64,000 nucleotides of DNA from NCBI GenBank assembly GCA_020631975.1, contig JACKGO010000002.1, positions 7,218-71,217 on the forward strand, written 5' to 3'. The notes under the pieces were generated by a model that had not been told where the DNA came from, made no database searches, and worked only from the letters and a program-made list of their open reading frames with translations. Shown piece by piece: positions 55,241 through 64,000 of the stretch. Position numbers and translations under genes: made by a program. How positions within the stretch are numbered: the first letter of the stretch is position 1; every line of letters begins with the position of its first letter. The stretch is from Candidatus Nomurabacteria bacterium. Its GTDB lineage: Bacteria > Patescibacteriota > Saccharimonadia > Saccharimonadales > CAIOMD01.

Positions 55241-57384
55241 TTACTCTATTACAAAGTATGAATACTTGTATGTTTTGCTGGTTTGCGTGGTGTTGGGTGT
55301 CCCAAAAGTAAAACCATTAGCAGTTGGTGTTGCAAATACTTGTATACTGGCACTGTCTATGTCTTGGCCAGTAATTACTACCTTGGGGGTGTTACCGAAT
55401 GCTTGATTAAACGTAACCTCTGCAAGCGTTCCAGCCGTAGTATTAGCACCAGCAACTATAGTTATGGTACCGGCGGTGTCGTTGCCCTCTATGGTGGTTA
55501 CTTGTGGAGCTGGTATGTTGTTATTGGTATCTTCTACTCCAGCTGCAGTGCCTACAGTAGCTGTTGGGTGTTGCCAGCTGTTATTATGTGGCCGTTGACT
55601 GTTAGGTTAGCTACTGTGACATTTTGGACTGTTAGGTTGCCGGCTATGACAACATCGTCTGTTACGGTTAGGCTACTCATGGTTACTGGGCCAGTGACAT
55701 TTAGGTTGCCTACTACATTGAGGTTACCTTGTATGGTGCCACCGTTGGTAAGATCTAGAATGTTGTTAGAGGCTGGTTGGATAGAGTTTTCTAGGGCGGC
55801 TAAGCGATCTTGAGCGTCAGTTATTTGAGTTTGCTGTTCGCCTATGGCTGCTATGGCATAAATAGGTAGTAAGTCGTAGCGCAGCTTTAGGTAGCCGTTT
55901 TCGTCAGTAGATACTAGTTCAGGTGCTACCTGTAATACTTGCTGAGCTATAAGGCCATATTGTATTTCGTTACCCGTAGCACCAGTATAGTAGTTTTACC
56001 AAGTTGGTTGAACTTATAGGTCACTGCTTGTAAGTTAGCAACTTTATTTAAGATACCACTCATACTAGTAACTTCTTCTTTAAAGCGTTCATCAGATGAA
56101 CATGTACCAGTTAATGCGGCACCATCAAACCGTTTTATACAACCATTGGTACCGCTGGTGCCCACTTTAACATCACCATAAACCCTTAGCTTGTCGGTGC
56201 CGTCTTGTACGCCACCAATACCTATACAGCCAGTACCTACGGTAGTACCAGTACCAAAGCCACCGCCACCAAAGATGACATTGCCTATTGATAGTTGGTT
56301 GGAACCTGTTGTGCTTTGGGCATCTATGTCATAGCCAATTATGATGTTTGTGTCGCCAGCAGTTAAATTATCTCCAGCCTGGTAGCCAATTGCGATATTA
56401 CTTGAACCTGTACTATTAATTAGACTACTTCTCCCGACAGCAGTATTGCCCCAGCCGGTGGTATTGTAATATAAACTATTGCGACCTATAGCAACATTTT
56501 CACTGCCATTAGTGTTAGAGTATAGGCTACTATCACCGACAGCAGTGTTACTAGAATTTTGATTGAAAAATAAGCTGTAAGTACCAACAGCGACATTAGC
56601 ACTTCCCCATTGATTATAGTATAGACTATACAAACCGATTGAAGCATTAGCGGTGCCATTGCTGTTATTGCGTTGACTATTAGAGCCGATGGCTGTGTTT
56701 GATGTGCCACTAGTAACAACACTTAGGCTATTAGCACCTATAGCCGTGTTATTATCGCCTGTTGTGTTTAATCTTAAAGAGTTTTGACCTAAACCAGTAT
56801 TATTGCTGCTTCTACTGGTCGCTCTAAGCTCTAATGCAACATTGTTCGAGCTGTCTTTAATTGCCAGTACACTTGTGTTAAAGCTAACTTCTCTAATACT
56901 GATTATGGTTATACTACCATTATATAAAATACTATTAGGATTGATATAAAAACCTGATGTATTTGTTGTCGTAATAAAAGCGGTCAGAAACAGTTGTATT
57001 GCTATTCATAGTTGCGCTAGATAAACCTAACTGAAAAGAAGCAGTTTGGGCATTAACTACAGTAGAATAGGTAATAGCATTGGAAGTTAATGGTGGTGTT
57101 GGCGGCTGCTAACGCGTTGGGTGTGAAGGCGGGCGTATATAGATATACAGCGGTAAGGAGGCTGAGAGTGAGGGTGAACAAAAGAGAGCTGGCAGTAATG
57201 GTGCGATGGAATATACGGGTTGAGTGGGAATTGGTACTACCAGGATGTAGTACGTATGTACATAATTTTGTAAGTCTATAAAAACAAAAAACACAGGCCC
57301 GCTTATGTGGGATCTGTGCCTAAGATATCTGTTGGTAGGTGCGACGTTGCGGCCTTTTAGCCAATAACGCCATTTGCGCAGCAT
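55241..57384 (-). pseudogene. Fibre locus D: small chimeric paralog (shared 5' cassette + Hep_Hag/YadA-head-like repeats + S74 chaperone motif + shared C-terminal module), frameshifted
   Basis: The leader ORF 57109..57384 matches locus B until an A5 (vs A6) tract at 57280-57284 shifts the frame. The body ORF 55947..56633 (…NTAVGDSSLYSNTNGSENVAIGRNSL…CSSDERFKEE…) breaks at ~55985. The remaining C-terminal module is readable to F-V-I-E-stop at 55241, with another shift near 55570. Confidence 0.6.
55947..56633 (-). CDS. Locus D body ORF fragment
   Basis: 228 aa with repeated N(T/S)A(V/I)G-type head repeats, then GTCSSDERFKEEVTSMSGILNKVANLQAVTYKFN (S74-type motif). Confidence 0.5.
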   Translation of the reverse strand: MYSLYYNQWGSANVAVGTYSLFFNQNSSNTAVGDSSLYSNTNGSENVAIGRNSLYYNTTGWGNTAVGRSSLINSTGSSNIAIGYQAGDNLTAGDTNIIIGYDIDAQSTTGSNQLSIGNVIFGGGGFGTGTTVGTGCIGIGGVQDGTDKLRVYGDVKVGTSGTNGCIKRFDGAALTGTCSSDERFKEEVTSMSGILNKVANLQAVTYKFNQLGKTTILVLRVTKYNMAL

Positions 57385-57665
57385 GTTGGTTTTTTGGTTT
57401 TTTGTTTTTTTAGTGTTTGTGTGTGTATACCGCTGTTTTGGTTTACAGATTTAAGTATATATGATTAGCCGCAGCAAGCAAGGCACTTTGTATACACAAA
57501 AATAGAACATGTGAATACTACAAAAATGTGTAAATAATGTGTACAATATGTAGTTATATATACATCGTTACAGATATAGCATGCATAGATTCATGAAATT
57601 ATTGCTAAATATATTGTATGTTAATTTACAACATAATAATTATACTGTGCAGAGTTTTCCACAAG
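57385..57665 (-). promoter_or_regulatory. Conserved upstream module of fibre locus D
   Basis: T6-GG-T6-G-T7 tracts (57390-57411), TTGTATACACAAAAATAGAACA, CATCGTTACAG and TTTTCCACAAG (57655-57665). Confidence 0.45.
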
Positions 57666-57835
57666 TATAATAGATAAAAGCTTTCCTGTTCGGAGGGCTT
57701 TTATAAATTACGGCACCGTGACAAGACCCCACAAAAATTATTTTGCGGGGAACCCCGCTATTTATCATAATATAGGGAAAATAGCACGCTGTAACAAAAG
57801 ATAAAAGCCCTCCTATTCGGAGGGCTTTTATATAA

Positions 57836-57949
57836 TTCGGCACCGTGCTATTTTCCCAGGCTTTGATTGGCCAAGTATTGTAACCGCTGCTAGGCTTAAC
57901 TACTGTGTTCGGCATGGGAACAGGTGTTTCCCTAGCGCCATGGGCACCG
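57836..57949 (-). rRNA. rrf: 5S rRNA
   Basis: The sense strand reads TCGGTGCCCATGGCGCTAGGGAAACACCTGTTCCCATGCCGAACACAGTAGTTAAGCC...CACGGTGCCGA. It has the conserved CCCATGCCGAACACAG core and a terminal helix, followed by hairpin AAAAGCCCTCC-GAAT-AGGAGGGCTTTT. Confidence 0.85.
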
Positions 57950-58321
57950 ATATTAGTCCCGCTCTATACTAGACTGCAGGGACTTATATCGACGTCCATC
58001 AACGATAGATATTGTTACAAAAAGCATTATGACAAACACAAATAGCTAGTTAATTACTGCCAATTTCTCGTACGATGCAACAAAACGATATTACATCATA
58101 CGAGATGCATAAAAAGTCGATGGATCTATTAGTACGCTTTGGCTGAATGTATTGCTACACGTACACCTTGCGCCTATCAACCTGATCGTCTTTCAGGGAT
58201 CTCTATAGGGAAATGCAATCTTGGGATTAGTTTCGCGCTTAATATGCTTTCAGCGCTTATCTAGACCGCACTTAGCTACCCAGCTATGCCTGTAGGTCAG
58301 ACAACTGGTACACCAGCGGTG

Positions 58322-58354
<33 letters not shown>

Positions 58355-58390
58355 TTCCCTCACATTTCCTATTGTCCACATCGGATATAA

Positions 58391-58424
<34 letters not shown>

Positions 58425-58452
58425 ACGTACCTCTTTAACCGGCGAACAGCCG

Positions 58453-58483
<31 letters not shown>

Positions 58484-58542
58484 AGATGAGCCGACATCGA
58501 GGTGCCAAACAGCGCCGTCTATGTGAACTATTGGGCGCTATA

Positions 58543-58575
<33 letters not shown>

Positions 58576-59070
58576 TGCGTTGCCGATTCCACACTCATAT
58601 ACATAATGTATGGACAACGGGTCACTTACTCCCACTTTCGTGCCTGCTTGGCTTGTAGGCCTCACAGTCAAGCTGGCTTATGCGTATGCACTATCACTAC
58701 GATTTCCATCCGTAGCTAGCCAACCTTTGAACGCCTCCGCTACTCTTTAGGAGGCAACCGCCCCAGTTAAACTACCCACCAGACACTGTCCTCGAACCGG
58801 ATAACGGTCCAAGTAAGAACAAAGTAACAACAAGGGTGGTATTTCACTGAAGACTCCACCATCGCTAGCGCGTTGGCTTCATAGTCTCCCACCTATGCTA
58901 CACATGTTGTCACCCAGCTCAATGTCAAGCTGTAGTAAAGCTCCACGGGGTCTTCTCGTCCTGATGCGGACAGACGGCATCTTTACCGCCAATGCACTTT
59001 CACCGAGTCCCTTCTTGAGACAGTACCCATATCATTACTCCATTCGTGCGGGTCAGAACTTCATATCGTT

Positions 59071-59765
59071 AGCTGTAATTTTCATTACAGATCAGACTAT
59101 ATCTTCATCTCGCTTCGATCACTTGGAGGAGTTCGTTCATGGTGTATTTTCGTTTACCTGATTCGTTCATGGCATATGCTTTTGTGATAATTGCCGCTAA
59201 TTTCACACTGTTAAGGTGTTGCAACGCTGCAATTTGATCGCATATCCAAGCAAAAGTTATATAATCATCTAACTTCTGCGTACGTAATGGATATTTCTTA
59301 AAATGTGGTAAGACTTTCGTTCTTAAATCGCCTACAGACCTGACTTCATACTTGTAAGTTTGGTCATGTTTGCTAAAACGTATAGCTCCACATCCGAAAT
59401 AGTCTTGAATATCTTTCAAGACAGAAAGGCTTCTCTTGTTTTGACCTATTGAAAAACTAGGTCTCACTTCGATACCTGTTTTCATCTTAGCTCTTTTGTT
59501 GAAAGAGACAGAAAAACAACCTTCCCCATCTACAAATCCGGTAATATACCATGCTTGCTCCGTAAGCGTCGTTTCTTGTAAGCGAGAGCCAACGTATTGT
59601 ACATTTTGCGTCATGTACCTCTCCTTTCGGATCAGTCGTTACGGCTTCCCCTTAGTTAAAGGGATTGCCACGAGATTACCAATCGTCTTGACCAGACGCT
59701 TAGGCTTCCTCGTTATTAGTTGGTTTACTTACATTGTGTTGCCACAATCTTCAGGCAAGTTTCTT
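59071..59765 (-). mobile_element. Intron (group I-like) in 23S rRNA at the E. coli U1951/A1952-equivalent site
   Basis: Exon sequence CCTTGTCAGGT | 695 nt | AAGTTCTGACCCGCACGAATGG, compared with E. coli CCUUGUCGGGU1951 A1952AGUUCCGACCUGCACGAAUGG. The numbering is anchored on m5U1939 and m5C1962. The 5' exon ends in U and the insert ends in G, as in group I introns. Confidence 0.75.
59105..59614 (-). CDS. LAGLIDADG homing endonuclease (single-motif type) encoded in the 23S intron
   Basis: 169 aa, ...WYITGFVDGEGCFSVSF... (LAGLIDADG motif), similar in size to I-CreI-type homodimeric enzymes. Confidence 0.85.
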   Translation of the reverse strand: MTQNVQYVGSRLQETTLTEQAWYITGFVDGEGCFSVSFNKRAKMKTGIEVRPSFSIGQNKRSLSVLKDIQDYFGCGAIRFSKHDQTYKYEVRSVGDLRTKVLPHFKKYPLRTQKLDDYITFAWICDQIAALQHLNSVKLAAIITKAYAMNESGKRKYTMNELLQVIEAR

Positions 59766-62383
59766 ACCTGACAAGGAATTTCGCTACCTTAGGACGGTTA
59801 TAGTTACCGCCGCCGTTCACTGGGGCTTCAGTTTGTGCCGTGAAGCACGCCCCTTAACCTTCCAGCACTGGGCAGGAGTCAGCCCCTATACATCCACTTT
59901 CGTGTTAGCAGAGACCTGTGTTTTTGGTAAACAGTTGCATGGGTTCTTTCGCTGCGGCCCCGTCACACTATTTATTACTAAATGTGTTATAAAGGCTGTA
60001 GCTTTCTTCTCTCAAATCTTCGGTTGCCCTAAAAAGAAGTTATAACTTTTTAAGGACTTTTGGCTGATCTTGTAATGATCAGTGTGAGTGTTTTCAAAAA
60101 GAAAACTTGCCAATACTGTTGTTGCTATTACAACAACTCCTTCACAGTAATAAACACTGTGACGGGGCAGACCTTATCCCGAAGTTACGGTCGCTGTATT
60201 GCCGAGTTCCTTAAGAAGGGTTCTCTCGTACGCCTTGGTCTACTCGACCTGAGCACCTGTGTCGGTTTGCGGTACGGTCGGCAATATCTATACACTCACA
60301 GACTTTTCTGGTCAGCTTGGGTCACTGGAATCGTGTCCGAAAGGACACTCTCATTCGCGCTTCAGACGAATCCTAGACGCTTAGACAGTCATACCATTAG
60401 ACTGCTCCAACTACCATGCCGCGAATCTGTGAGCAACAATATCGCCGGTACGGGAATATTAACCCGTTGTCCATCGCCTACGCTACGCGCCTCGGCTTAG
60501 GCCCGACTAACCCTGGGATGATTACCATGGCCCAGGAAACCTTGCTCTTTCGGCGGACAGGTTTCTCACCTGTCTTAAAGTTACTTATTCCAGCATTCTC
60601 ACTTGTTGCCGCTCCACCAAACCTTACAGTTCAACTTCACTGCAGACAACAACGCTCCTCTACCACTGCCACTAATGTGACAATCCATATCTTCGGTATT
60701 ACGCTTTAGCCCCGTTACATTTTCCGCGCAGGGTCTCTTGATGAGTGAGCTGTTACGCACTCTTTAAATGAATGGCTGCTTCTAAGCCAACATCCTCATT
60801 GTTTAAGAAACCCCACCTCGTTTCCCACTGAGCGTAAATTTAGGGACCTTAGATGATGGTCTGGGCTGTTTCCCTTTCGAGCGCCGAGCTTAGCCCCGAC
60901 GTTCTAACTGCTGTGCTTACACAAATGGTATTCGTAGTTTATCAAGGGTGAGTACCCTCGCGGGCCTCAGTCCGAAACAGAGCTCTACCCCCACTTGCTA
61001 CTACACAACGCTAGCCCTAAAGCTATTTCGAGGAGAACCAGCTATCTCCGAGTTCGATTGGCATTTCACCGCTAACCACAGGTCATCCGGGAGTTTTGCA
61101 ATTCTCTACGGTTCGGCCCTCCACGTAGTTTTACCCACGCTTCAGCCTGCCCATGGTTAGGTCACCCGGTTTCGGGTCTATTAACAGATACTAATCGGCC
61201 TATTCAGCCTCGCTTTCACTACGCCTCCGGTATAAACCTTAAGCTCGCACCTGCCAATAACTCGCTGGATCGTTCTACAAAAAGCACGCCGTCACAGTCT
61301 AAAAGACCGCTCCGACTCCTTGTACGCACACAATTTCAGAATCTATTTCACTCCCCTTTCGGGGTTCTTTTTACCTTTCCCTCGCGGTACTTGTTCGCTA
61401 TCGATCGTAAGATATGTTTAGCCTTGGAAGGTGGTCCTTCCAGCTTCAGTCAGAGTTTCTCGTGTTCCGACCTACTTGAGTGTCAAAACAATCTAATAAA
61501 TTAGGTTGTTTCTAGGGATATATCCCACCAAATAATAAGGTTAGCGATACTTTGCATACCGGGCTCTCACCGTCTATGGCATATCGTTCCAAACATTTCT
61601 GCTCGCCTCGCTAATTTTTTACCTTACATACAGAAATGACAGTCTGTATTCTCAAGTGAGACGACTACGCGAACGTAGTATTCTCACTTGGCTATTTGAT
61701 CCTCACAACCCCCTTTTAATATTCGTCTGTCAACTTATCCGTTTTGCAACGGAAACTAAAAAGGTTTGGGCTCTTCCGGGGTCGCTCGCCACTACTGCCG
61801 GAATCGTTGTTTACTTTCTTTTCCTCTCCCTACTAAGATGTTTCAGTTCAGGAGCTTACCTCTACCTATCCTATGTGTTCAGATAAGAGTGACTAGGTAT
61901 GACCCTAGCCGGGTTCCCCCATTAGGACATCCGCGGTTCACCGTTTATTTGGCAACTCCCCGCGGCTTATCGCAGCCTATCACGTCCTTCTTCGGTATCT
62001 TACGTCAAGGCATCCGTTATGTGCGCTTATGTAACTTTTTATGCATTGATTTCATTAACTAGCTATTGGTGTTTACCAATAGCTGTTTGCCGTTTGTCAT
62101 ATTTACTACTGTATACATTATCCTGTGAGGTGTATACAGTATGCTCTAAATTGTTAAGATACTAACTTGAACAGAGATTATCTGTTAGATACCCTGTTTC
62201 AAGTCTACACGTTTGTTTAAGGATTTTTATGCGCCTCAAACAAGCGCCTAGACTTGACCCATATCATAGTAGCAACTGTCATCAATAAAGTAAAGCAATT
62301 ATTGTTGCGACATTTACTACTATTTTATATCTGTTTTTATGGTTATGCTTATTTACTACGGATCGTAATTATAAGCTTCATTT

Positions 62384-62426
62384 TGGTGGGCGATGGAGGA
62401 CTTGAACCACCGACCTCGTCATTATC
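62384..62426 (-). other. Orphan copy of the tRNA-Ile 3' half (anticodon loop to CCA)
   Basis: 43 nt identical to 62461-62503 (sense GATAATGACGAGGTCGGTGGTTCAAGTCCTCCATCGCCCACCA), 34 nt downstream of the full gene. Confidence 0.8.
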
Positions 62427-62460
62427 TCTGTTGAGAAAATGATAAGACATAAGCCCCAAC

Positions 62461-62537
62461 TGGTGGGCGATGGAGGACTTGAACCACCGACCTCGTCATT
62501 ATCAGTGACGCGCTCTAACCAGCTGAGCTAATCGCCC
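62461..62537 (-). tRNA. tRNA-Ile (GAU), CCA encoded
   Basis: Sense strand GGGCGATTAGCTCAGCTGGTTAGAGCGCGTCACTGATAATGACGAGGTCGGTGGTTCAAGTCCTCCATCGCCCACCA. Cloverleaf arms pair; anticodon loop is CTGATAA. Confidence 0.93.
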
Positions 62538-62575
62538 ATCCCAGTTGTGACTTACGAATTGTTAACTTGCATTTA

Positions 62576-62611
62576 CAGTGACACGCTCTAACCAGCTGAG
62601 TTAATCGCCCC
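62576..62611 (-). other. Orphan copy of the tRNA-Ile 5' half (acceptor to anticodon stem)
   Basis: Sense strand GGGGCGATTAACTCAGCTGGTTAGAGCGTGTCACTG has 2 substitutions relative to the full gene. It ends in the anticodon loop, 38 nt upstream of the full gene. Confidence 0.75.
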
Positions 62612-62705
62612 TGCCAATAGTTACTTAAAGTACATTTAAAAGTACTGTACCAGTGACTACCAATTGTAAGTGACACACCAGGCCACTTGTCTCGTTGTTA
62701 TACAC

Positions 62706-62782
62706 TGGTGGAGCAACGGGGACTCGAACCCCGGACCCCCTGCTTGCAAAGCAGGTGCTCTAGCCAACTGAGCTATTGCCCC
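62706..62782 (-). tRNA. tRNA-Ala (UGC), CCA encoded
   Basis: Sense strand GGGGCAATAGCTCAGTTGGCTAGAGCACCTGCTTTGCAAGCAGGGGGTCCGGGGTTCGAGTCCCCGTTGCTCCACCA. G3:U70 is present. Confidence 0.93.
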
Positions 62783-63018
62783 ATAAATACTAGCCTAACA
62801 AATTGTACCTAATAATAGCATATTTGTAAAAGTACTTATTATGCAAAAGGGTGCTTCTTGCTATACGAGAAGCACCCTTTGTACGTTAAATATTGAATAG
62901 TGCGCGTCAACGATTTTTTTGAAATCATCTGTCACCCCATAAGAGGTGATAAAGCAACAAGTGATTTCAACTTGCTACCAGACCGACCATCTCGCATAAT
63001 GCGAGATTGCTACTCCCT

Positions 63019-64000
<982 letters not shown>

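Noticed and set aside
27877-57384. Diversity-generating retroelement (common in CPR) acting on the fibre genes
   Set aside because: No reverse transcriptase ORF exists anywhere in the window. No template/variable repeat pair with adenine-specific differences was seen; paralog differences are mosaic blocks and indels.
27877-57384. Prophage or phage-tail-like particle locus
   Set aside because: Only fibre-like modules are present. There are no capsid, portal, terminase, tail tube/sheath, baseplate, lysis or integrase genes, and the genes carry Sec-type leaders and are interleaved with core genes.

Overview
The window looks like a Candidatus Saccharibacteria (TM7) / CPR-type chromosome segment. 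The partial 16S carries the TM7-type ATTACTGGGCGTAAAGAGTTGCGTAGG stretch, and the housekeeping genes are small and tightly packed. There are three kinds of content. (1) A housekeeping block: rplU, ileS with a T-box leader, class II RNR plus nrdR, ftsZ/ftsA, map, adk, yqeY, rpsU on the minus strand; priA-def-fmt on the plus strand; then infB and rpsA, all intact. (2) A minus-strand rRNA operon: 16S (partial), tRNA-Ala, tRNA-Ile, a ~3.9 kb 23S, 5S. The 23S carries a LAGLIDADG-encoding intron at the E. coli U1951/A1952 site plus expansion segments, and tRNA-Ile is flanked by orphan 5'-half and 3'-half copies. (3) Four minus-strand loci (A-D, about 29 kb or ~46% of the window) of paralogous tail-fibre-like giant surface-protein genes. 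They share a portable promoter/leader/signal cassette and C-terminal modules, show mosaic identity, and contain 3.3 near-perfect 1167-bp tandem repeats. They are also broken by many small indels while every neighbouring gene is intact. My main candidate for an undescribed system is this modular, recombining (possibly phase- or antigenically variable) surface-fibre family. The main caveat is that its frameshifts could be unpolished long-read errors confined to repeats. Secondary candidates are two paralogous structured non-coding elements in front of the ROK kinase and KGG stress genes, and a RayT-like Y1 transposase with REP-like hairpins. All calls come from reading the sequence and ORF track by eye; no searches, folds or identity calculations were run.
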